This document shows positions 13,720-26,210 of a stretch of DNA of 64,000 bases, in pieces. Source of the DNA: Rhodosorus marinus CCMP1338 (Eukaryota > Plantae > Rhodophyta); NCBI GenBank assembly GCA_029953675.1, contig JAMWBK010000009.1, positions 1,674,001-1,738,000 on the forward strand. The letters are read 5' to 3'. Position 1 is the stretch's first letter. Every line of letters starts with the position of its first letter. The translations under genes and the position numbers were made by a program. The notes below the pieces were generated by a model, which was given only the letters and a program-made list of their open reading frames with translations, was not told where the DNA came from and did not search any database.

Positions 13720-16542
13720 TTAGCTCGCAGTCTTCCCGTACAGTTCGTCAACAGTTGATTTGTATTTCTTCACCATCTGGGGCCTCTTAAACTTGAACGT
13801 CGGTGTTAGCAACCCGTTTTCGACAGAAAATCCCTGCCCCAACTCGTTAACTTCAGATTCAAAAGCAATGCTCTTGACAACCTCATAGCCCTTGAACCCT
13901 AGTTCAGTTTTGAGCTCGGCCAGCTCTTCGAGCACCGCCTTCTTGAAATCCTGTTTTCGCAAGGAACAGTCATCAGAGGGTCCCCACATCAGTACTAGGT
14001 AGAACTAGCACCATCAGCTTTTTGGGGGAGGGGGTGGAGGCACGTACCGGGTCCTTGCAGACTGTAGCGAAATCTGTCCACTTCTTGCCGTTTTTGGATA
14101 CCCATGCCTTCGCCTGCGGCTCGTCCGGCGTACATACAGCGACGAGATATGACTCGAAGCTGTTCCCATAGATCCAAATCTGACCAACAAGCTTGGCTTT
14201 GGTATAACCTTGCTCTAGAGTCTCTGGACTTACGTACTCTCCCTGTGCGAGCTTGAAAAGATTCTTCTTTCTGTCTATAATCTGGAGGGACTTGTCCTCA
14301 AGCCATTGACCAACGTCACCTAGAGCGGAGGATTTTGCTGCTCAGATATCACGACTTTGACATTGGAGTACTCAAAAGACCGTGACATATCAAGGAGACG
14401 CCAACAATGGAGTCCAAAATATTTCCGGGCCTTAAACATAAATTTCCTTACCGGTATGGAACCACCCATCCGCCGTGATTGATTTGTTCTCTTCATCGTT
14501 CTTGAAGTACCCCTTTGTCACCGCGGGGCCTCTGAGAAGAATTTCTCCTCTCGGGTACGGTTTGTCCTTGATCGAGTACTCCATCTCGGGCACATCAATA
14601 AGTTTGACTTCACAGCAAGGAAGCGGCCCCCCATTGTGTCCAGAGCCCTGGACGTATGGCGCCGTGCAAACTAAGCCACCCACCGTTTCGGTGAGTCCAT
14701 AGCCTTGGACAATGGGGCACACCAGGCACATCTAGGTTTTGAAAAGAGCAACGTCGTGGTAAGCCACAGTAGGTGAGTGGACACTCTCGCTGTTCGATGG
14801 TGGTCGTACCTTAAGAAAATCGTTCGTTTGTGGAGCCAAAGGAGCGGAGCCAGATATTGCCAGGCGCACGTTTGGGAAAATCTTCTTTCTGATTGCCGAA
14901 AAGATAAGCTTGTCCCAAAACTTGTTGCGTCTTCTCACGTGCGTGACATTCTCCAGCTGAGAATGGATAGCTCGATTAATAAGCCATTTCTTTATACCCC
15001 CACTTTGGTCAATGGCTTCCTGGATTCGAGACTCGAACCTGGAGTACACCCTTGGTACCCCGACAAAAATCGTTGGCCTGAGCTCTTCCAGATCCTCTAG
15101 GAGCTTTGGGATATGTCCTTGGTAGTACCCAACTTTGCCGCCCTGAGCTAAGATAAGCAACTCCGACTGCTGTTCATAAATATGAGCCAGCGGCAAATAG
15201 CTCAAAAGCGAATCGGTCTGCACAAAATAAGCACCGACCCGGTAAGTGACCTCGTGAACTACCAAGAAAGCAAGCTGTTCTTCGCTTATCCTACCTCGGT
15301 AAATTCTAGCTTGTAATAAGCGAAGAACTTGAGGGCCGCGGCAACTGAGGACACGAATTGCAGGTTTGACACGGTCACCCCTTTTGGATCTCCAGTAGTT
15401 CCGCTTGTGTACATGATGACTGCAAGATCTTCCAGGGTCAGCTTAGGGAGGCTGGCTTCGTCTGGTTGAATCTTTTCAATCAGATCTTCCAGGGTCACTG
15501 CGTCCCCAGATTCAACCTGAATATTGCAACTGATGGCTCAGACCAATGCTCGTGACTCACGGATGGTTATGACCTAACCAGAAAATCAATGCTACATACC
15601 TGCGCATGCCGTTTTGATTCCGGACATTTCGCGTCTCCCGAATCAAACATGACAACGCGCTCAATTTTCGGGCAATTGACTTTCGCCTCGGCAAATCTGT
15701 CAGCCACCTTGTTCTGTTGCGGGTACATAAGAAAAGAGGTATCAGGCATTAGCACAGAAGCCCGGACTATTCCATGTCGTAATGCCAGTTTGCGCAAACC
15801 TCAATGAACAAAACCCTCAATTCGGAATGGTTGCAGACGAACTGAATCGCCTGTTCGCCAAGCGTATCGTAGAGCGGGACAAGGACGAAACCGTTCGCAA
15901 TGCAGGCAAACTCGATCATGCTCCAGGCCGGACAGTTCTTGCCGAAAACTCCTACACGGTCACCCTAGCGGAAGTCCAAATCCCAGCACTTGAGTGCCCT
16001 GCGCTACGAACCTGCACTACCCCGTGAACAAGCCATTCCAGTACTACGCACCTTTTGCAGATTGAAAGCGCTCATGGCTTTTGCAAGCTTGAGCACTAGC
16101 TCTTTCACTTGAGCGTAATTGTACCATTCGTATGGACCTGCCTTCCCGTCAAGGTCAATTGGCCGCCATCCAAGGCACTTATTGTTGGGGTGCCGCTTAG
16201 CTGAATGGCTATTGTCACGGAACCAAAAGATAAAGATATCAGCAACCGATCTGCTGCGAGCTATCCGCCTCCAGCCCGAGCAACACTACATCCACGAACG
16301 AAAAACCACTGAAGTCGCTTGCGACTAGGGACCCGTGCTTATAGATGCAGCTGTAATCGGATCGAACGGAGGGCACGCATAGACATTCCCAAGACTACTT
16401 TGGCTTACCTGAAAACTTCCCAGGGACTATTAACTGTCGCATCCGAGTAGGGCTGGATAACCATATCATCCGAAACGACACTTGTAAACGTAGACCCCCC
16501 ATCCTTGGGGTCCGCAGCCTTGGCATATAGCTTGCTGGACAT
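13720..16542 (-). CDS. LACS: Long-chain acyl-CoA synthetase (multi-exon)
   Basis: AMP-binding motif IMYTSGTTGDPKGV, SYLPLAHIYE, QGYGLTET, DGWFHTGD and C-terminal LLTPTFKFKR. N-terminal exons read MSSKLYAKAADPK and CLGWRP...GPYEWYNY. Confidence 0.95.
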
Positions 16543-18707
16543 CTTGAGATGACCCCGCTAGATAACAAGAAAATCTCAACACCTCCTACTACAAAGCAAA
16601 GAAACTCTTCCACTTCGCCTCCTCTTCCTCTCTCGATCTCTCTCTCTCCTCCTCTCTCACAATCTGACCAGAGAAACAAATTACCGCTCTTAAGAAAGCT
16701 ATAGCCTTTTGCCACCATAGCAACAAGGTCAGAATGTATGTACGTACGCACCCCTGTAGAACGCGGTTCCCTCTATTTTACTAATCTACCCGTGTAGCTG
16801 AGGATGATTCGCGCGCTCGCCAAAATCCAAGCATCAGCCCTCACCCCCAGACCTCAATCAAAAAGAAACAACGAAGAAACAAGAAGAAGCAGCAGATCTT
16901 CCATGAATCGTCGTATCTCGTTGAATATTATCCCAAATATCTCAAACTAGATTATATATCACCTAGATGAAAAAAATATTGTCCTCTTATCTGGCTTTTG
17001 GTTCTATATTTTGAACTCTATAATTTTAGCCGTGTGTGTGCTGAATTCCAATTCATTTAAATACACCCCTTTGCCTCCCGGCGGGAACGTGGGTTTGCAG
17101 TTTGACATAATATACAAACTTGATGAAGGCCCAATAAGTATGGGATAGTCTCGTCTATTTAATTTGGTATCTTTCTTTTTTATGGTCATATTGGGGGCCC
17201 TTGAAGGTATGTGGTACCCCCTAGGCGAATATTGTTTCAAGGTGAGGTAAAACTAGTGCTAATCTCGAGGGGTGGGAAAACGGGCGACAGAAACAGAAAT
17301 TTTCAGAATTTTCGAAAACAAAACTTGGGAACGAAAAAATGACTGGTTGGTTGGATTTGTCTAGCAGGAATTTTTCTGATAATTTAGCCAAACCGCCCCA
17401 GCGGGGGGGGTAGAGAGATGAGGAAAATATCTGGCTAACCGTGAGAATTGTTTTCGATTTTCTTGGTTGCATTTTCTAGTGGGCGTGATCGAGTGTTAGA
17501 TCCTGGCGCATTGTTTAAGCTGCGTTTCAAGTCAACTGGAAAAAAGATCTATTCGCCTTATTGTTGACTTTGAGTGAGTACATGATTTTTATTCGACATG
17601 GCTCGTATTGTATTTGGGTGAAGAGACGCAGGGGGCAGGGTCGGATATGGAGTTGGTCAAAATCACAATCATTTAACGGCTTATTAGGGATGCACTTGGT
17701 TGCTGGAGGACCAGTTTCTTTTTCAGGTGTCGGTCTAGACAAGGATCTTCTTTTTTTTGAGTATTGGAGAGGCATGGGAAGCGCTTGGTTGAGGAGCTGT
17801 TTTTGCCATCTTCTTATTTGGGAAAGTGTGCAAAGGAAAACCCCGGCCGAGATTCTTTTTACCAATATACCATCTAGCCTTCCGGATTTCAGGAGATTGC
17901 AGGTTTAATTCAATTGGAATATAGTTTGTGCACCGCTCACTGCTCTCAGTATATGTCTTCCAGCCCGTTTCCCATCCTTCCGTTGGAGATGATCGTATTA
18001 GGCGCAGTTTGAAATGAGTTTGTAAGAGGTCGAAGTTTAAGTAGAGGCGTTTTGCCCCAAAGCAATTTTGATTTTGTTATACAAAAGTCAGGGTGGGAGC
18101 GCTCCTTCCAACCAAAAAGGTTCTTGAATAACATCAACCATCGAACTTCCCTCATATGCCAAGCTATTGTGGAGTATACGGCCCCTTCCTGCTCAAGCCA
18201 TGAACAATTGAGCAGGAAGTGAAGAAAGTATGTTTCTTTGCATCAGGACTTCCTGTCTCCAACAGCCCGAACAACAGTGAACCGAATAGTGTTGGTTACG
18301 TGGCTGTCATCGAATATGGATTCGGGCTCCAGTCCTGTTGCTGTTCAAGAACATAACCTAGAATGCATTCTAAAAAGCTCCAATTTTCAAATTTGTCAGT
18401 TGACTTTGGGCCCTTTTTTTTTGTTTAGTTCCCATTTAGTTTGTTTCCTATTAATGCTCAATACTGAGATATCGTTTCCGGCGGAACAATGTCAACGCTT
18501 GACTGGTGGAAGAGTGGGATCCTCTATTGGAGTAAGCGTTCTTCTTTTAATAAGTTTCGGCGAGGTTCTTCCTTGAGGATCCTTTTTTCTGCCGGACTGG
18601 CGTCCCCGTATCCTAGTCATGAGATGTCATCCGACCATTGATTCTCCGCTCTAAATGCTTGAATCACTACTCAAGTTCGGCGCACCCCACAATTTGCGAT
18701 ATGAATT

Positions 18708-19750
18708 TCAAAGGTTATGTACTTCTGCTCGAAGGAGAAGCGCCCGAAGAGGTTCATGGGTCCAGAGGTTGGAAGCGAGCAGTGATCTTGTTCTTACTGT
18801 ATAATCGTTTCCATGCAAGTCTGTGATTCTGCCTCCGGCTTCAGTAACGAGGATGGCTCCGGCTGCAGAATCCCATGAGTGGAGGTCCGGCTCCCAGTAG
18901 GCCGTGAGCCTTCCGCACGCAACCCAGCCATACATCACAGCTGCACTACCGAGCATTCGCATGCTTCGAACCTGTCCCAGATTGGTCCAAGAGAAGCAAG
19001 AGGAGCAAACCGTCAGGATGGTGAGTTAGAATTTCTTTTCCTTGTTGGCCTTGCGCTGTTCACCTCAGGCATCATCACCGCCAGTCCACGGATAACTGCG
19101 TGCAATGAGTCAGTTGCAGTAGGTGATCCGGCTGCCACCAGCGCCTCCTCAGCTGTCTGTTCATTGGAAACTGTTACAGGTTCCCCATTAAGAGTGGTTC
19201 CCTGGCCTTTCATTGCGGCAAAGGTCTCCGATCTGTATGGATCAACGATGACACCTAGAACTAGCTCCCCTTTGTAGGTAACCCCAATCGACACCGCGCT
19301 CATCGGTTGGCTATGAACAAAGTTGGTCGTCCCGTCTATTGGATCCACAATCCAGAGCCACTCCTCTTTTAGAGCCCTCTCCAGCGCGTTGACAGAGTTT
19401 TCTCTTCCAGATGGGGTCGTTTCCTCCCCAAGAATACCATGGTCTGGAAATTCTGATCTCATGTGCTTTTCTATGATCTCCTGGCACTCGGGATCAACCT
19501 CCGTCAGCAGATCGCGACTGTTGATTTTCGTCTTCTCAACCTCAGCTCCAACGCGGTTCATCATATGCGAAGCAGCATCCTCCGCAGCCCTGATCACCAC
19601 CTCTAATACCGCCGAAGACTCTTCTGGCAAGCAGCATCGCAGGCTACTCCTCCGCCTATGAGAAAGTCCTGATCTAGCCCTCCGTGTCAGGCCTGTGGAG
19701 CCCAACGGGCGACTGCCCTGTACTCTTACGCCTGCGCAGAATGCACTCAT
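18708..19750 (-). CDS. Inositol monophosphatase family protein, plastid-targeted (IMPL1-like)
   Basis: [26 protein letters not shown] and WDSAAG motifs. The N-terminus MSAFCAG... is Ser/Arg-rich, like a transit peptide. Confidence 0.93.
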
Positions 19751-20585
19751 TGCTTCTCCTCTCCAAGTCCTCAATAAAACGATCCGATTTGAATCCACTG
19801 TGCCTCAATCCCAACCACGCTTAAGGAGCCCACCCGTTCATTCATCGCCCATGCCAATCCACAACAGAAGCCATTCCCCGATGACCAATTTCACCTCCAA
19901 CATCAATAATACCTCAACTATTTCTTATAAGTGACTAGCTCACGCAATTTTTCAATGGGATATAAGATTTCGACCAAAAAAAACTAGGGTTTTGTCTGGG
20001 ACAAAATTTTTGGGGTTTACGTCGGGTTCGGCACACAGCGGCTGCTTTTACATGCGTTGTGGTTTCTCCGACAAACGCATTAGACGTTGGGACTATGTCC
20101 AGGACAATTTCTGAAACAAGCAGTCCCCCGGGGTTGCAGCTGTTGCCTTGGATTTGGCTCCAAGCATTTGTCGCCCGTTCCTCTTGCTATGTTCGAATGG
20201 CTGTCTGGGGGCTGCAAACAGCAAATCTCAGCGATGCTGGAATGAGATCGAGGACGATTTTTTTCGGGAGAATCTTGCGCCTCCGTTTTGTCTCCCTTCG
20301 GAGCGGTACTCTTTTCGGCGTAGGAACGGTTAATTGCGAAAGGTGTCCCCACTTCCAAGCACTGTTCAGGCCTCATCTGCTCGAGGTCTCATCAAGTTTT
20401 TCCAGTCTTTGAGAGATCTTGTTTTGAAACTTAATGCTATTGTTGTTAGGAAAATTTAGTATGAATAAGAAATAAGTTGTGGAGAGGACCAAATCGGACT
20501 TGCTGTGAGGCGATGCTCAGAATTCTCCTAAGCAAGGGTTCACCTTGAAAGGCCTGCTAGCTCCGTGGGTTGCAAGGAAACGATA

Positions 20586-23500
20586 TCATACTTCTTCGTA
20601 GCCATGATTCTGGTGTCTGGGGAAGTCCTCTTCAATTCTCCCTCCACCATTGTAAACATGTGGAGGCCTGTACCTCCGTAGCAGAAGGGAGTTACCAATC
20701 ACAGATACAGAGCTCAAAGCCATCATGCTCGCAGCGACAATTGGAGGCAGCTTTGTATGAGTCACTGGGTACAAAGCACCTGTAAACAGTGCACAAGTTC
20801 CACAAAAGGCTTTCTTTAGGGCATCGCCGCGAAACTACCCGATCCCCAAGCTTGTTCATCTTCTTACCTGCGGCTATCGGCAGGGCCAGGGCGTTGTAGC
20901 AAAGAGCCCAGAAGAAATTCATTCGAACCTTCTTGAAGGCCTTCTTCGCGATGTCAATCGCAATGAGTGCGTCCTCCAGGTTGGAATTTACAAGCACAAC
21001 CGACGCAGTAGCCATCGCGATGTGCGTGCCAGCCCCCAATGCGATCCCAACGTCCGCTTCCGCAATGGCAGGTGCTGTTCACAAGCAAACACGTGTGTCA
21101 CGTTTTAGCTGATGGAAACATCGGATCCAACTTTTCCTTCCAGTTGGATGAGCGTCTATTTGGCCTACCGTCATTAATTCCGTCTCCGATGAACGCGACA
21201 CTATGATTACCGCCCTTCAATTCCCGCACGCGCTCAATCTAACAGTTCAGACGCGACATATTCGATTACGGGTTATTCCACGGCACTTAACGTATATACG
21301 GAGATCTCTAAATAATCCTAAAAGCAGCTTCTCATTGGATTACGCGGTGGCACCTACCTTTCCCCATGGAAGGGCTTCTGACACAACGTTCTCTCGTGGA
21401 ATGTTCACAGCCGTCGCCACACTCTCGGCCACAGATGGGCTGTCGCCGGTAACCATATGAGTGGTAACTTTCATCTTGTCCTGAAGGCGCGAAACTACCG
21501 CTCGTGCTTCTGGGCGCAGCTCGTCCTGCAGACTAAATATCGCCAACGGTACTCCATCGATGGCGACTACAGCGGTACTCACGGCTTTTCTACTGCCCAG
21601 CACCTCAGCGGTGAGCTCCTTCCCACCAGTAACCTCGCTGATCCAACGCGCACGTCCGACGTCCACCCTTCGACCGTCGCCGAGAACACCGGATACTCCA
21701 CATCCTTCAGACTCTTGTAGCCACCTGAGTGTCTACGATAGGTTATCGTGAGCAGGAACGTCGCGAGTGAGCATCTACGACAGTATTCCCGTGTTCGCGC
21801 TTGTTCATGTTATACATACCGAACCCGTTTTTATGCCCCGATCTTCCCGAATAAACCTATAGATGGCCTTGGCAAGGGGATGCGAGGACGCCTCCTCTAC
21901 CGAAGCCGTTGCCTCCAAAAGATCGTTCTCGTCAATGGCTGTATGTAAAAGCTTGAGTGATGAAACATGCGGTCGGCCCATCGTCAAGGTGCCCGTCTTA
22001 TCGAATACCACGTGGTCAACCTTCTCAGTGCTTTCCAGCGATGTCCCACCATGTTTGAATAGGACCTTGTACCGAGCAGCAACTGCTGTGGCTACCATAA
22101 CCACCGTGGGAGTGGCCAGGCCGAGCGCACATGGACAGGCCACAACCAGCACAGCCAGACCAAACGACAACGAGAACAGCACAAGTCCTTCGTCAGCGTA
22201 CCACTCGGCCGGCACGGCGTGGAAAACGCACAGCAGTGCCCAGATCAATGTAGTGATCGCGGACAAGGATACCACTACTGGGACAAAAACAGCGCTGACT
22301 CGGTCAGCAAAGTCCTCGATCTTTGCTCTCGAAGTCTGAGCTTCGTCCACGAGGCTTGCCACCCGCGACAGCAATGTATCGTTTCCTACAGACACTGCCT
22401 TAACCACGAGCAGGTTGCTCACGTTAACCGATCCCGCAAAAACCGAGTCTTCGACTGCCTTGGTCACTAGCTCCGATTCGCCGGTCATCACAGATTCATT
22501 GATGGAGCTCCTCCCAGCCACTATGATGCCATCCACGGAGCATCTCTCTCCTGGAAGCACACGTACCACGTCACCAGGAAGCGCCAGTTCCACGGAAATA
22601 TTTTTGTATGCGACTTGGAACTCGGAGCCCACTTTCTTGAGGAAAGTTGCGGTGGGTGGCCTCAGGTTGTTCAGTTCCGTTACCCCGTCTGCAGCTTTCC
22701 TTTTCGCTATGGTTTCCAACCACTTGCCAAAGAGCACAAGAGTAATCAGTAGTACGCTTGTGTCAAAGATTGTCCTCTCCGGCAGGCTGTCTGTGGCAAC
22801 CAAATTTGCCAGCAGCACCGCGGTAGAGAAAAAGTAGGCAACGGAGGAACCCAGTGCAATAAGCGTATCCATATTCGCCCTTCGGTTCTTCAACGCATAG
22901 TATGCACCTCTGTAGAAGATCCACCCGCAGCCGAACTGGACAGGGGTTGCAAACACCCATTGGATGAACTCCCGCCGCACGCGGACGGAAGCATCTTCGG
23001 AAAGGAAGTTGATCACAAAAATCGGAATCGAGAGCAACAGGGCGGCGGCGAATCTCATCAAGTAGGTCCTCTCACTCTGCGCGAGCACGAAAGCGGGGTT
23101 CCTGTCCCCAAACATTTGAGGATCCGACGCAGGAACTATTTCGAATCGACCTAGGGAGGGATTGTTCTGAACGTCCTCGTATATCTGGATAAATACGTTC
23201 CCATGGGCGAGCTCGTTGACCGTGTCCCTCCCAATGACGACCTTAAGAATGGTACCACGACGGGGAGGGCCGATTCCGTCAAACAAGTTGCCAGCAGATT
23301 TCCATCTAGACCGCTTCCCTTCTTCAACAATGCTGCACATAACTTGAGGGTAGTCTCTTTGTATCTGTCGCATGGCCTTCCCCGCCAGTTCCTCTCCATC
23401 GAAGAACCTTAGTTAACAACGAAACAAAAGTACGGATTTAGCACTGCGATGGGTCATGGCCGATACCCGTACATGCTGCTAACCGTCCTCCGCCGTGCTC

Positions 23501-25536
23501 TACAGCGAAAACCAACGCTCTCGGGACGGGAGAAAGGATGAACGAGGCGAGAATTACCTAATAAGGATCTGCAAATCAGATGAAATCTCCACTTTCTCCG
23601 CCCCATACCCGGAGCTGTTCACCGCGTCAACTATCGTTTGTACGGAAACCTTGGTCGGGTCATACCTCACCGCAGCGCGGCTCGCCATCAGATTTACCTT
23701 CGCAGACAAGACTCCGGGTACTCCGTTCAGTACCTTTTCCACTGTCACCGGCAAATGATTTGTAAAAGAGAACGTTAGGCCTGTGAGATTGTTCAAATGC
23801 TCTGAACAAATACAATGTGCTGTCGAACACCCAGCACAAGAAACGTATGTCCAGGATGTCCAGGATGTCCAGGATGTCCAGGATAGGCATAGCGATTGAG
23901 AGGGAAGAGGATTTTGCGACGCGTACCAATCCCAACGCAAGACGAGCAGGTCATCCCGGTTACTTTCAGGTGCGCGGAAGATCTGTCGTCGATGACGCTC
24001 ATGTTCTGACTCTGAAGCGGCGTGCACAAGTCACCAGCTACTAAGTCCCACCCCAGAAAAGAATCGAGAGTAAGGGTTAGGTGTGCTCAATTTGTGTTCA
24101 TTCAATTGGTTAAGCCCATAGCAAGACGAGGTGCTGAAGCGGAGTCCTAGAGGCACAAGAAGGCACAAGAAGGCACAAGAAGGGTTCCCGTGCTTACCAT
24201 CTCCGCGCCAGGATTCGTCGCTTACTGGGGATGTCTGTTGCAATGATTCCTCTTGACCATTCGCGCGCAACAGAGGAATCTCCTTCTCAACGATAACTGG
24301 TGTCTGGGGTATTGTAACCACTTCATCTGATTTCAAGTTCTCATCCGTAGCGCTGGGGAACAACTCCGTAGCAACTACATCCCAAATCTCAATAGACCGA
24401 GACACTGATTCCCAAGAAAAGTCCGTTCCGATGACAAGGATAAAATTCTCCTCCAGCTGCACTCGAACTTCACGCACACCAGAAACTTCCTATGATGTTT
24501 CAAATGAGAACATTCTAACTGAGCTACTTCATGTACGGTTTCAGCTCGCCCGCACCTGAAGCATATGGGGTGGACACTCACTAAAACAGATGATATAACC
24601 TTCTTGCTGTCACTCTGGTTGGAAGATACTGTCAAGGGTAGGATGAGATCTCCATCTAGACTTCTGTACAGAATCGTGGGTGACTTCCCCGCCTCGGCTA
24701 TTGCAGCAATCACGACCTCTCCGTCAACATTGCCTTCAACAACCGCGAGCTGTTCAGCCAAGCTGACGAAGACCCCTGAAACGCCAGGCACATCCTAGAC
24801 ATGAAAACGTCTCTGAGAAGGGGGAAACCCTGCCGGAGGTGGTGAGAGTTTTCCTACCTCCAGCGCCTGTTGGATCTTTTTTCTGCACCCATTGCAGGTC
24901 ATTTTCGTTACGCCCACTACTGTGAAGGCCTTGGCTTGCTTGTCAATTTGTAGCGTCGCAGTCTTCCCCACACTGCGAACAGCTTCCAGGAGCATATCAG
25001 CAGAAGCGGCTCCCGCAACTACTGCCAGCTCCTTGTCGAGGGAAACCGTCACCTCATCGACACCGCGTACTTTCTGTTCAAAGCGCCAACGAGGTTGGGG
25101 TTAGAGGCCACAAGTTGGTTTCGATTCACAATTTTGTTTGCCCTTGCGGAAACCCACCTGCAATGCCTCTGCCACTCGTTTGACGCATCCATTGCAGGTC
25201 ATTCCCTTCACAGTCATAACAACATTGGCGGGCTTCTTCAGGGTGGCCTGTTTGCCAGTCTCCGCGACAGCTCTGATGAGTTCTTGGACATCCACATTGC
25301 CAACTACGGCAGCAGTGTTGCTGTCGAGATCCACCTTTGCCGATTCTACCCCATTCAAGCCCTATGATGAAGAGAAAAAGGTTAGTCACCAAGTCTCAGA
25401 AGCGCAGGGTAAACTCATACAACCGGATATACCCTTCTGGCAGGCCCTGGCTTCTACTCACCTCAAGGCTCTCCGTGACCCTCTTGACGCAGCTGCCACA
25501 GGTCATCCCCTGCACCTCGAGCAGGAACTTCCCCAT
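20586..25536 (-). CDS. P1B-1 Cu(I)-transporting P-type ATPase with expanded N-terminal HMA array
   Basis: TGE(S) actuator, VVACPCALGLATP, DKTGTLT, HPLA, GDGINDAP-type hinge split by an intron, YNALALP and MMALSSVSV Cu(I) signatures. N-terminal MTCGSC, MTCNGC, MTCNGC and MTCSSC motifs. Confidence 0.97.
23847..23884. repeat. Intronic tandem repeat (ATGTCCAGG)x4
   Basis: Four perfect 9-mers inside the intron that interrupts HMA5 of the Cu-ATPase. Confidence 0.9.
24151..24183. repeat. Tandem repeat (AGGCACAAGA)x3
   Basis: Three perfect 10-mers plus AGG, in a probable Cu-ATPase intron. Confidence 0.9.
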
Positions 25537-26210
25537 CTCAACTCGGAGGTCCGCAGCCAAACCCCTCCGACAAGCTCCTTCGCAGCCCGTGAGATTGTAA
25601 CTTGCTTCAAGAGCACTAGCCAATATCACAACTACCCATAAACACTTACAAGGGATCTACTCCTCTCACAACCACGTATACCTTACGTTCTCCCCTGCCC
25701 CTCAAGCAACTCGGCGTGCCAAAAGAAACGCTCCTGATCTATTATATGTTGAGCTGTTCAGCTCTGCCGTGCCAATCCACTAGAAAGCTGATGTCAACAT
25801 TTACATGAGCTTTAATACCCAACCCATATGCATCATGCCAATCCAACTCGATGGCGGATCCCAGGTCTTGAGTTTCGTTTATTAGTCTGGACTTACACGT
25901 AACAGGTTGAGCGTTCATCATCTTCCGCAAACAGTGTGAAAAAAAAGGTTATAGTCAAATTCCACCAGACCTTTCATCTTCAGAAGCTTCTGTCTCTGCT
26001 GGGGGGGTGCCTTCGCTTAAACGCAGCTTCCTATTCCCTATCGAAAAGGACGGGGCGCACTTAACACAGGAAAACAAATCACCCCTTAGCTTCCTTTTAA
26101 AAAATCGACCAAGAGTCTCAAGATACTGGTATTAATTTCTATTTTTCAATGTGTTTGGATTGCGTTGCGGACATATCTTAGATACGGGGTGGGTGGGAGC
26201 GATACCGACA

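Noticed and set aside
17760-18010. hAT-like CxAHC motif (C-T-A-H-C at 17929-17943)
   Set aside because: There is an in-frame stop upstream, and no TRW motif, dimerisation domain or terminal repeats. It is too little to call a transposon.
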